From: Haliotis cracherodii
Lineage: Eukaryota
Direction: 5' to 3'
DNA length: 64,000 nucleotides
Assembly: GCF_022045235.1 (NCBI RefSeq)
Contig: NW_027266275.1
Location: 54,374,001-54,438,000, forward strand
The translations under genes were made by a program, and so were the position numbers. Each line of letters opens with the position of its first letter. Position 1 is the first letter of the stretch. Below, one piece after another: positions 39,001 through 51,100 of this stretch. The notes under the pieces are model-generated. The model was given only the letters and a program-made list of their open reading frames with translations, searched no databases and was not told the DNA's origin.

Positions 39001-42000
39001 ATCTGCTATAGGGTACATTTTAGGCCATAGAAGTAACTTCCTGTTCTGTTTTTAGGAACAAACAATGTTGATTGGTAATGTTTCGTTTGCTTGTAAGGGT
39101 ATATTATGCATAATGGTCATTTCCCATCACAGTTAGCAACTGCTATGGCCTCTTGAAATGGAAGATTTGAAGTGATTATTAAAACAATAGGGTAACAGGC
39201 ATACTGTCGCTCTGTCAAAGATTATGGCTTTGATCACGAAATATTCTGTATTGATGAGGATGGCCAAACCCCCACCCCCTTCCCCCCACACCCACCCAAA
39301 TCAAATGCCCCTTACTCGTTCCTGTATTAGTATTTCACTCACCATCCAAGGCCAGCTACCCGGTATGGCATTATTTCCCCCAATAATTCTCGGCATCTTC
39401 AACCTTGGTTCTACATCAGGAATGCCACACTCCCCAACATCGTCTTGTAGCCATGCTTTGTACCACGTCTTGAAGTCAACTGGGCGTTGGCTCTCCTTAG
39501 GTGGAACATCAGTCGGGCTCTGGCCCTTGCTAGGCCAGTGGTGCCACCTGGATAGGAGCGAGTAGAGGGTGTTGTGAGAGAGGACGTGCCAGTGAGGGTG
39601 GGCACGTCCAAGCCAGGACGCCATCTGGTGGAGTCTGAAGGTGGACAACCCCGCTGTGAGCGGGTGGCTCCTTGGGAGATTCGATAGAGCGTTTCTGAGA
39701 ATGGCAGCATCTTCGTCACTACTGTCACGTGACGGAGTGTCTGGAATGAAATCAGCTGACTACATTGTTATGTTTAGCATTTTGATTGCAGCGGTTCAAA
39801 CTTAATTTATATGGTTTAAGTGAAGATGTGTGTGTTTAGGTATTAAACACATTGTAGATATGTTTAGCTCTATACGTGTTGAGTGAGTGAGTATGGTTTT
39901 AGCAATATTTCAGCAATGTCCTGCATTCACTCGTTGTACCCATATGGAGAATAAAACTAGGATCTTTGGCGCGACGAGGAAACCATTTATCCACCAGGTT
40001 ACTCCACCTCACTGTATGTGTGGCTGATTGTGTTAAGATCCATGTTCCCAAAACAAGAGAGTGAACTGACTATAAAAGTCCAGTTTCTACCGTTGCTGAA
40101 CTAGGCTGGTATTATGGAGTTACATTTTGGCTGGACTAACGAGTCCAATCAAAATCATGCAACAAAATCGAAATCCGGATCGTGAACTGTCATGCGGATT
40201 TCGGTCGACTGCAGGATTTGCAAAGCATGTGCTCCGCCAACTCATTGTCAATAGATATTTCCAAATTCATTTTCATGTTTTTCATCAAAGTGATCACATG
40301 ATTTGATGCATTTCGCGATGTAAAAACCGTTTTATAACAATATAGATCTTGATTATCATCAGATTTTCCTGACTGGGCGCCGCCATTTTATTTAAAGCAA
40401 ATGCAAGTGATACGAGAGGTGGAATTTGATTGGTCCATAGGACAGGCTTAGAAGGGACGTAACTCGTAATAGCCCTTGGTGGCGCTATGATCGAGCCGAG
40501 GAATTCCTGCCCAGTTCGGCAAGGGTGGAAACTGGACTTTTAAAGATGGTTAAGATCCTAATCTATACTACAAAATGTCAGTACATGCCCTCGATATACA
40601 ACACCAGTCAATCCAGTGATTGATATCGTGAGCATCGAACTACGCAATAGGGACATGATGACATGCATCAAACAGGTCAGCAAGCCTGATCACCCGATCC
40701 CGTTAGTCGCCTCTTACCACAAGTATGGTCGCCTTTTACGGCAAGCATGTTTTGCTGAATACCTATTCTAACCCGGATTTTTAAAACCGCTAAATGCAGG
40801 CCGTCTGTAATAATCGAATATTAGTCAACTGTGGGCTTATTTCTTCTTTAGGGACACAAGATAATGATTCTTGGATGGCGATCATTGGTAGGTCAGAATT
40901 AAACTCTGCGACCTGTATCATTTTTTGATATTTCAAAAACTAACTGGGCGTGATTTAACTGAATACTGACGCCTCTGTGGTCCAGTGGATATAGAGAATA
41001 TACTTTTTGTGTAGTTGTCTACCGGAAAATTAAATTATTTCATTAAAAACCTTGAAACGTAAATTCTCCCTACCTAGCACACAGGGACGTGTCACCACCC
41101 CTTGTATTTGCGACTAAAAAAGTAGTTTCATGTTTGAAAAATCATAACAAACATAAACAAAAGTTACAAAAATATTTAGGGTCGCGAAAATTCTATGTCA
41201 CACACATAGATATAATTATATACTAAATCAACTTAACACAAAATATTCTTGAAAACTTCGAGACCGCTGTTGGAAGCGAAAGAATACACGCTGGTAACAA
41301 AAATGGCGCTTGCGAACGGTCTCGATTGAAGTGAGAAATGTCTATAATGGAACATTTTCAAGAGAATAACAAACGCCATGAAGCGATATTAACTCCATAA
41401 ATGGCCATCTGTCATTAATTTTGCCTTGTCAATATGGAACTTAGTAAAAGGAAGTCAACAGTTTGTGAACGGGCCAGACACTTACGATAAAGGGAGAAAA
41501 TTTGAGGGGAGGTCAGTCTTCTTGACAATAGTTCTGTCTAAGTGTTATGTTCACAGCAGTGAAATATCAAGAGTTATGGTCTCTGCAGTGAAGTGAAATA
41601 TCAATTGCTATGTTCACTGCAATGAAAATATCACTTTTCTCAACTTCGATTTACTCAGTCTTTCACACTTAAGTATATAATAAAACATCTGTCCGGAGAG
41701 CGGAAGGTCAATGGTTCCATTCCCGGTCGTGTCAAAGCAAAGGACGTTAAAAGATGGTATATGTTGTTTCCCTGCCTCGGAGTCAGTATCATATGTGCAT
41801 AAGTGGGGTATTCATGTTAAACTGGGACATGGTCATTAGTGGGCAACTACTGTAAAACCAGCCAGCATTAGTCTGGACTAGCACACACACGCGCGCGATC
41901 GTTTGTAATGTCTCTGGAAAAAATCAGAACCGGTGCTTTGAAATTAAAAACAAATGAAGCTGCAAAAACACAAAACACAATACCATATTTTTAAACCACC

Positions 42001-42061
42001 TACCTGCTGCGCACAGAGTAAAAAGTACAACTAGCCATATGTGCGATGGCATATTCCTCAT
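33054..42061 (-). CDS. Secreted trypsin-like serine protease (S1A family), 7 coding exons, ~394 aa
   Basis: Exons (-): 42004-42061 (signal-peptide-like MRNMPSHIWLVVLFTLCAA), 39343-39740, 35482-35570, 34743-35035, 34121-34266, 33754-33808, 33054-33199. Activation site R|IIGG, then WPWMVSL, CGGVLL, SAGHC (His), GKDLVLLKL (Asp), and DTCHGDSGGPL (Ser, with Asp in the S1 pocket). AATAAA (-) at 32725-32730. The first exon is less certain than the rest. Confidence 0.9.
35894..35966. mobile_element. 73-bp internally deleted derivative of MITE family C
   Basis: aaatctcattagaatc ... ttttaatgagattg with TSD ctgtaatt(g/t). Confidence 0.7.
36581..36857 (+). mobile_element. SINE family A copy nested in an older opposite-strand family A copy
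   Basis: Full head-to-tail match; flanked by decayed minus-strand family A pieces at ~36490-36565 and ~36860-36950. Confidence 0.85.
37871..39030 (+). mobile_element. Decayed Ty3/Gypsy LTR retrotransposon pol fragment (RT and RNase H-like), interrupted by a SINE A
   Basis: ORF 37871-38167 contains IQPSSSEWHAPIVMVKKRDSSYRFAADYRRLK (Gypsy RT N-terminus). Downstream frameshifted pieces read PILAYPDQNKPF [SINE 38700-38977] ILTTDACQSAIGYILG. It lies antisense within protease intron 2. Confidence 0.85.
40041..40548. mobile_element. MITE family D copy
   Basis: TSD gttaagatc on both sides; internal sequence homologous to 57199-57741 in reverse orientation. Confidence 0.88.
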
Positions 42062-45000
42062 ACGCGACGACCGGTGTATGTGTGTGTGTATAAATATTCC
42101 AATATGAAACGCCGAGAACTTTCATTAGCTGTATAAGAACCACCTCTTATAGGGCTTCCTGAAAGTGGGCGGGTCAATTACCTTAGGTCTCTGAATGGGC
42201 GAATGCCTTTGACAACTGAAACATGGTTGCGTTTTGGAGAGCCCGATCATGCACGTTTTTCTGTATGAAAGTATATGAAACAATTATTAAATATATAAAC
42301 TGTTACATGCGTCAGCGAGGGGGAGTTAAACAATCATTTGGAAGATTATATTTTCTTACTATCAACATCAGGTGTATTTTCGGCGTAGTTCTGTAGTTTT
42401 ATACATCATTTTATATCTCATTCGAAAGGGCGAGGTAGGATAAGAACCTTTTTGTGCCCATTAGAAATGTGAAAAAAGTAAAGGTACGTAAAAGCTTATA
42501 ATTGTAGGAAAATTATCAGAATTCTCAAATGATTGATAGCAAACCTTTATCTTCTCTTTTACACTTGGAATTTATTTTTACTTATGACATTTTCAAGTAC
42601 GTAAGAATGACTAATAAAGGCAAAATAGATTGATGTTTTCAACATCAAGAGCAAATCAAACTATGAGCACAAGGTGATGATTTACGACATGTGTGTACTG
42701 CCTTTATCTACATCACATCTACATCTTGGGTTGAAGACTTGTTCATGTTCCAATATTTAAACAAAACCTTCATTAAAAACCTCTAAAATCAATCTTTTTG
42801 AGACATTTTAATCTAATGTATACATTCCGCGTTGTTTTAAGTTCAAAACATCGATGTGATAAAATGTCAGGTTCTCATTCATATGAACGTACACCAGGTC
42901 ACCCTGATATATACTGCCAGGCATAAAGAAAGTATACACTTCAAAATGGATTTGACCAAAATTACAAAAGTTATCAAAACGTTACTTGGCTGAAAACAGT
43001 CGCCGAAACACTGCAAACTAGAGGTCCAAAAACACAACTACTGTTCACGTGTCAAATACATCACCATCGAAAAACTATTTCTTGTTGGGTTTTTTATTTA
43101 GCCGCCTTCAAACTTTTGCCCGGCAGTTTACATTAGTATTGCTGTAAGTGTAGTGACAATTCATCCACTCACAATCTCACAACCTTAAAATTTTGCTTTA
43201 GTTTTAGTTATGTTTGCCGTAAGAGGCGACAAAGGGATCGGGTGGTCAGGCTCGCTGACTTGGTTGATGATGCATGTCATTGTATCCCAATTGCGTTGAT
43301 CGATGTTCATGATATCAATCACTGGATTGTGTGGTCTAGACTCACACAGACCGTCGTCATATAGCTGGAATATTGCTGAGTGCGGCGTTTAACAAAAATC
43401 AAACAAACACACATTCGAAGAAAGGGATGTTGAGTAAGCATAGTGGTTGAAGCGTTCGATTATCGTGACGAAGGCCCGGATTCGATCCCGTACAATGTGT
43501 GAAGTCCAATTCTGGTCTTCTCCGCCGGGATATTTGTGGGATATTGCTAATAGCGGCGCTAAATCATATTCACTCACTTATTCAAAAGAGATGCTGGGCT
43601 AACTGCTTAACCTCGGTAACAGGTCGCATGGACTTGAACACAACACATTTATCATCTGTCTACCACCTATACACTATATCCTGTGGAACGCCAAATCGGG
43701 GCCTCCCGCTCAGCTGGTACATTGCTGTTTGAACTCATAGGTGGGCCATATCCACGGAGGTGGACTTTGGCCTTCTTTACCTGTGTGCTGCCGCCACACG
43801 TATACACGACAAGACAGCCAGTGACAACGGAGGTTTTTTGGCGTGACGTGAGGTGCAGGAGTTATTTCAATTTGGTCTACAAAAGAGCCTTTGCTGTAAA
43901 GGTGTTTTTTTTAATGCCGTTAAAACTGATATAGAAGATAAAATTTAATAAATAACCTAAACGTTAGTTTTTATTTTCTAAATCGTTACACTGAATAAGT
44001 AACAAATCGAAAATCAAACACAAAACCAAAGCCACATTTATTACGTTTTGCGTGTTTTAACATCTCAATGAATGAATATATTATATAATGTCTTTTTATA
44101 TTCGATCTTGATTCAAACTAAGTTTAATACGACTTTCATCAGGCATACATTTAAACTAGTCCATTCATACTGGTCTTAGTATTCAATGCTGCGATTATAT
44201 CCTTATAAGATCATACATCCCCGTGTTATGGGTTTTCGGACGCTTAAGAAACATTCGTAGTTTTCTTTCTAATCACATGAACATGCTTCATTCACTTATA
44301 AAAAAGACAACTTTCTCTAAAAAAACAAGCCATCATCTGAGTATTTACAATGTCTGTGGGATGCTACACCGATAAACATGACCGTCCGAAAACATACGAC
44401 ATCCGAAAACTTATTATCCGACGATATGTTATTTTCGGACATATTTGTTTATATCAACTAAAAATAATAGGGTGTGTTTTCTTATTTCACAGTTTCCTTC
44501 CCTACCAGAGCAAAGGTTACATATTGTAGATGGGAATACCGTGACATGCCCATCACTTAATCTCTTCATCAACAAAACAAGTCGACCTTCCCAGTTTTCG
44601 TAAATCTTCGTCGCTCCACCTTCTCGGGGTAGGCACCTCGTGACGTCACCAAGGGATTGGGGTAGCTGTGGCGCGTGCCAGTTCAAGTATTTCGTTACCT
44701 TATCAAAGGGAAAGGGTACTTGTGATGGACGTGTTGACAAGTTGAGGATGTAACTCTGTAGTTACCCTGTCGGATTAGAGAGGTTAATTACACACGAAAA
44801 CGTTACAAAACAAAATACATTTTGACTAGAGTAAGTGAGTGAGAATACACTTACGCCGCTTTTAGCAATATTCCAGCAATCGGACACCAGAAATGGGCTT
44901 CACACGTTGTAGGAATGTGGGGAATCGAAAGCGGACCTTTGGCGTTAACAGCGAACGCTTTGACCACCATAGGCTACAACCGCCCCCATTTTGGTCAGAA

Positions 45001-45486
45001 ACGTTGAAGGACAATTGGTACTTGGTAGGTTGGATGAAAACAGGCGGTGTTAGCAAACCAGACAATCGTAACCTGAACAAAACAGAATTTAGTGTGACAG
45101 GTCCCAAAGTGCAACAATGCACTGATGTTCAGCAACTGTTATATGTGATACTGTCATTGTTCGATTTATTTGTTTGTTTGTTGCTTAACGCTGCACTCAG
45201 CAATATTCCAGCTATATGACGTCGGTCTGTAAATAATCGAGTCCGGAACAAACAATCCAGTGATTGACATCATGAGCATCAAGTGATAAGATGACATGCA
45301 TCAACCAAGTCAGCGAGCCTGACCGCCCGATCCCGTTAGTCGCCTCTTAAGGGCAAGCATGGGTTGCTGAAGACCTATTCTACCCCGGATCTTCATGGGT
45401 TTTGTTCGGTGAAGGTGAAGAAAAATGAGTATGAACCAGCATGTGACCAGGGTGTAACGAACAGATGATTACCATCTAAGAAATAA

Positions 45487-45769
45487 GAGTGAGTGAGTAA
45501 GTTGTGTTTAACGCCGCTTTTAACAGTATTCCAGTTATATCGCGGCGTGTCAGCTTAATGTGGAAGGAAAGCCCAAAGTGATGCAGGTCTCAGACGTTTA
45601 CTACTTCGGTGAAACCCACCATCACGGGTATGACGCTGACAAACCTAGAAACATAATCGGGGCGAACCGGGATTCGAACCCACAATCATAGGTTTCTGGC
45701 GTGCCAAAGGAACGCATCTCTGCACATCGAATCGCGGCGCCTTAGACGACTGGGCCACCCATGCCCCCT
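45487..45769 (-). mobile_element. SINE family A (tRNA-derived head, V-domain-like body, (ACTC)n tail), representative full-length copy
   Basis: Head ggggcacgggtggcccagtcgtctaaggcg (A box) ... gggttcgaatccc (B box); tail ctggaatactgttaaaagcggcgttaaacccaactcactc. Other copies: 2561-2820(+), 5316-5550(-), 7407-7631(-), 8575-8830(-), 9035-9245(-), 12553-12745(-), 13695-13972(-), 14043-14326(-), 21624-21870(-), 35581-35812(-), 36581-36857(+), 38700-38977(+), 50976-51230(-), 52098-52292(-), 52402-52675(+). The V-domain assignment is from recall only. Confidence 0.9.
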
Positions 45770-45814
45770 AAGTAATAAGAGGAAATTAACGTGTATTTTC
45801 TCTCATCATATCCA

Positions 45815-46220
45815 TAATTGTCTATTGTAACAGCCTCCTTCTGAATGTAACCAAAGAGCAGATTAACAGACTTCAGGCCATCATGAATACATCTGCTAGG
45901 ATCCTATTCAGATCTTCCAAGTTTGATCATGTCTCCCAGCATGTATTGGAGCTCCACTGGCTGCCAGTTGCTGCACAAATCAGCTTAGCCTATAAGATCC
46001 TCATCAACGCCTACAAGTGTTATTTCAACCTTGCACCTGCCTACTTCCTAAACGATCGCTCCGACTTCAACATCATCTATATAATCACAGTTCCCCGTGT
46101 TAAATCTTGTACTTTCCCCAAAAGAACACTCTCATAGGCTGCAGCGCCTCTGTGGAACAATCTGCCAGAAAATCTGAAATCTGCTCCCACTTTCAAATCT
46201 CAGCTGAAGACATTTCTGAC
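45815..46220 (+). mobile_element. 3' fragment of an L2/CR1-type LINE ORF2
   Basis: Translates RLQAIMNTSARIL..DHVS..LELHWLPV..YKIL..LAPAY, then (frameshifted) AAPLWNNLP..FKSQLKTFL, typical of L2-clade C-termini. Confidence 0.8.
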
Positions 46221-47171
46221 TCAACCGCGCACAGAGAATATGTATTTTTTGTGCATTGTTGCGCTCTTTTAATGCATGCATTATTATTACTAATATAGTA
46301 CACAATTTCTTTCTCTGGGTCGTTGAGGGTAGCCATTATGACCGCTGAACCGATTTTTGATATAAGTTATTAAGGACGTCTGAGGTATTGGTGGCCTATT
46401 CTGGCCCGGATTCTGCGGGTGGTTTTACACACATTTTCTGACCTGTGGTCAAACTGCAAGTATGTGCACTAATTATCAGACAAAAACATAATTCCATGAA
46501 AACTGCTTTTCAATTATAATTGTGGGTATCAAAAAAAGAAAGAAAAAGAATTAAGTCTCCAGCGTAGGTATTACGTTAGGTGGTCTGGATATAAGTAATT
46601 TTGGACAAGGCGAACAACTGATTAATCAACAGGAGAAACGATCCACGCCATCTGGGCACGATGTGGCGCTAACACCCAAATCACCCACATGAGTTGCTTG
46701 ATAAATACGCCCCAAGCCACCAGATCGACTTTTACCACATGCTATGGTAACTGAGGAGGAATTTAACCCCGGTATCCCCACTGACATCGGTGCATTGATA
46801 TAAAGGATACAGAGTTTATTGTCTATCTTACAATTACATGTTATGAACTGGCATTGAATCAAAATTCAGTGTAACCACCATTTAGACAAATGGACCCTGA
46901 AGCTCATTGTCTTAAGCGGCACAACTCGCTGTGGGGAGTTGGGGACTTGCATCCCTTAGCTTCCTGGATCCAAAGATCCTAGGCTCCGATCACCGTCTGT
47001 GATCCTTTGTCTTTCATGATTATGCCTATGAGTATGCTGGTTTCTGTGGTATGTCTTCTAAAGTTAGAGGTTGCATGACTTTACCTAGTGTAATAATTAT
47101 AATATGGATCACTGAAGGCAATACGCACCAACCAGTTGCCGTGGCAGAAGTTCAACAAATCTTACATTCAA

Positions 47172-47667
47172 CACCTTTGCGAGGCAAGGGAGTTAACCGG
47201 CTATATAAGTCCAGTTCCACCCTTGCCGAACTAGGATGGAATATTATGGAGTTATAGTTTGGCTGGACTAACGAGTCTATGCCCAAATCAATCAAAATCG
47301 CGTAACGAAATCGACATCCGGTTCATATACAACATGGCGTCTGCCGTGCAGAATTCGGTCGGTAGCAGGATTTGCAGAGCATGTGTACATTAAAGAGGGT
47401 GTCGACATACATTTTCAAATCTTTTCACGTTTTTAATAAAGGTGCTCAGGTGATTTGATTCATTTCGCGAGGTAATTACCCCTTTTATTAAATAAAGATC
47501 TTGATTATCTTGGAATTTGATTGGTTAATAGGAAAGACAGTTCTAAGGGACATAACTCGTAACAGCCACTGGTGGCGCTACGATCTAGCCACGAAATTCC
47601 AGCCGAGTACGGCAAGGGTGGAAGCTGGACTTTTTCAGTTAGTTAATACCTTTTCCTCGGGAAGATG
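47172..47667. mobile_element. MITE family D copy immediately downstream of the DPH7 stop codon
   Basis: TSD tacattca(a/g); TIRs match family D. Confidence 0.88.
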
Positions 47668-47761
47668 TACATTCAGCTGCCGATTCACACGCGTACGCGT
47701 AGTAGAGGCTTCTGTGTGAAATGAAAGTCAAGAACATATGATAAAAACACTTTATCCCTCG

Positions 47762-48149
47762 TCATGTTGGCCAAGATCTCAATTGTAATGAATGATCATA
47801 GAATGAACAGGTTGCAATGAAAGACGTTGTCGTGTCTGTTGTGACGTCATCAGATGCAGATTCACGTGCTGCACCTGCCTTGTGACACCAGTCGGCGCCG
47901 TATCCAAGGTTGCTCGCTGAAGTGTAGTGGGCCTTTATCGATAACGTATCTGTAAAACACAATATTGCAGTGACTAAAGATGCAAACAATAGGAGTTTAT
48001 TCAAACAAATGTGGGTTTCAAAATGGCTGTGTATCAATCAACAACAATACAATATTCACCGGTGACTGTTTCACTAGTACCATATTGAATTTACATATTT
48101 CCTTGTGAGCTGATGCATTATTACATACTGATTGTGGCATAGTGTGACA

Positions 48150-48187
<38 letters not shown>

Positions 48188-51100
48188 TGCTTGTACTAGT
48201 CCGGACTTATTGTTACCCTGTCAGGCTCGAGAGGCCCATATACAAGAATAACATAAATTAATGTAACACCAACGAGAGATCAGGTTTGTACACGTATAGG
48301 ATAAAATAATCCTTATATACTGATTGCTTTCACCGAGGGAATCACGTTGTGTTTTAAGACATTAATCCAAATGTCATGATTAGACAAGTGTTGTTGCCTT
48401 ACACTCAGAGACTTATGGACCAATCTAAGAGAGCTACGTGATATATCTAAAAAAAAAAAACAGTAAAGAAGGAAGCGTGTTTTATTTCACGATAAAACAC
48501 TGTTCTATTATGACGTCATTTCTGGTAATTCGAAGATGCGCTCGCAACTTGATGACGTCGTAAATTAGACGACGTTTTTTTTAGGGGGAAGTGTCAGTGA
48601 GTTGTTCCCCACAGATGTAGCTGGACAGCGCAGATGAACGCAATGCCCGAACGATCGAATCCAAAAGTGGGAGAGATATGACAGTCGGTACTGGGAAAAA
48701 AGGTACAAATTTCAATACCAAATTTCAAAGTTCCCCGAAACACCAAACTTTTACATTCCAGTGGGCAAAAAGGACATTTGAAATGTTTTATAGCATTCTT
48801 CTACCATCTTACAACCACACATATGTGTTCATGTTTTACCTGATGCATCGACGATATGAAACCCGTTATACATTGTGGCAGTTAAAATGGTGTCCCCTTC
48901 AAAAGGGTCCCACTTAACACGCCAGATGCCACCACCCAAATCACAGACCGCCAGGGGGCGCTTCATCTGTCGCGTGTCCCACACATGTAGCTCTTCGTCA
49001 TAGCTACAATCAAAGAATGTCGATTTTTACCAGCTGTCAAGATGCGAACTTCCTTGATTCATTATTTCAATCAAAAATATCTTCATGAATGTGTTGTTAC
49101 ATCACATTGCATTACATAGTTACGCGAAGAAGAATATTTTGACAGACGATGAGTTGTGGTTCCGCGAAGTAAACGCCTTACCTCCCCACCGCCAGCTTGT
49201 ATTCCTGCAGACGGTTGCTCTGTATGCTGCAAACGCCCATACTGTGTCTGAAATGCACCAGCAGAATTTCATGCAGAACCACGAGTTAAGTGAGTGTTTG
49301 TTTGTTTATGTGTTTGTTGTTTAACGCCACACTTAGCAATATTCCAGCTGTATGACAACGGTCTGTAAATAATGGACAACACAATCCAGTGACTGACATC
49401 ATGAGCATCGATCCACGTTATTGGGATACGATGACATGCACCAACCAAGTCAATAAGCCTGACCACCCGATTCCGTTAGTTGCCACTTACGACAAGGGTC
49501 GCCTTTTACGGAAAGCATAGGTTGCTGAAGACCTATTCCACCCCGGATATTCATGGGTCAGTTGAGTGAATGAGTGCGTGTGCTGACACCACAGTCAGCA
49601 ACGTTTCCTGTTTATTACGGAAGACTGTAAACACCAATCTGGACCTGGTGGTTGAAAGCATGAGCATCTATCCAAACTGTAATATCCCCGCCCAACCATC
49701 TCGCCGACTGAATGGCAAAGGAATATTAATAATATATTTACTGAACGTCTCCTCTGTATACAATTAAACCCTTTTCCGGAGAACAGTCTAGGCCCGCAGC
49801 TGTACATGCGAGTGCATATGTAATTATTCCTTATATCAATATTCCAACAAAGTTTAAGAACGCTGAGAATAGGCTTAAGGCACTATACCACATTCGTGAC
49901 CACTCGTGTCTTTCCAGCTGAATGGCGCTTCTTGCAGCATTCATCACCACTCGACCCTTCCCGTAACCAGCAAGAAGACTCGTTCCCCCTATCGATGAAT
50001 GTTACACGCGAAAATACGACAAACCAATCACAATGCGCGTATGACTTCAAGTACTTCGGTCAAAGAATTCCTCAGGAATATTTTTTTATTTTACATCTAA
50101 GAATATTCCCTAAGTACAGTTATATGTGTACAATCATACTGTTTAAATCCCGTAAGTGCCGATTTGTTTTAAACTGCATCTGGAATAAATACGACATGGG
50201 GAAAATATTCGTGAATCATTACGCAACGAGTTCAATTCTTTTAACTTTGAAATGGCCACGAGATAGGCACGGGCCGTTCTTCGGCTTGTCCCGGCATAAC
50301 ACGTGTTTGTCACGATTGTTCTTGCAGGTTACGGAAAGGGTCAAGTGGTGACGAATGCTTCAATATCAATGTAAGTAGGCTCAGATAGCAGGCTTCGATA
50401 TGACACGTGACAGAACATGTGGACCCACAAAATTAATTTCACCTAACAAATTTTAATCAACAAATTGTCGGAGCGCTCAAAGGATTTCGCTTATCTTGTT
50501 TATCTACCATATCAGTTCATTCACATGAGCAGCGACGCTACTGATGGCATTTATCACGCTTAAATGTCACTGCTTGCAATCCACAAATTGTATATATAGC
50601 TATATAAACGGGAGAACCATCGGTGTCAATATTATGTCCACGATTAATATTAAATCTGATTGGTTGGTGGCATGTCATCAAAATGTCACAGCAGTGCCTA
50701 GGTATTTCAGAAATGTTTCCTGTGCGTTAAAGGTGGGGAGTGTTCATCAAAAGATTATGACGGGCGTCAACACAGTGGCGAAGGGGTTTAAAGCCTTACT
50801 GGTGTATGGTGATGAACGGTTTCGAGGGCTTACCGTTTGTTGGTAAAAGTAGGCGTCGTGCCTACGCGCAGATCCCATCCCTTGAGCATGCCGTCGTCCC
50901 CTCCTGTGGTTGTACATATCGGGGGTGTTATTGATCATCTAATCACCTTGGTTAGAAACGGGACTTTTTTCTAAAGTGAGCGAGTGCGACTTAACGCCGT
51001 AGGACGGTATTTCAGTTATATGACGGCATGTCAGCGTGATGTGGGAGGAAAGCCTGAAGTGATGTTAGTCTCAGACCGAAACCACTTTACTGCAGTTTCG

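Noticed and set aside
43433-43500. tRNA-like sequences with A/B boxes (also 27543, 32140, 18700-18782 and the family A heads)
   Set aside because: Each continues into a SINE body and tail, often with TSDs, and none forms a clean cloverleaf; not called as tRNA genes.
43590-44790. Possible piggyBac-like element (TTAA-CCTC ... GAGG-TTAA) or an additional upstream protease exon near 43780
   Set aside because: The TIR match is only about 4-5 bp and there is no convincing ORF.
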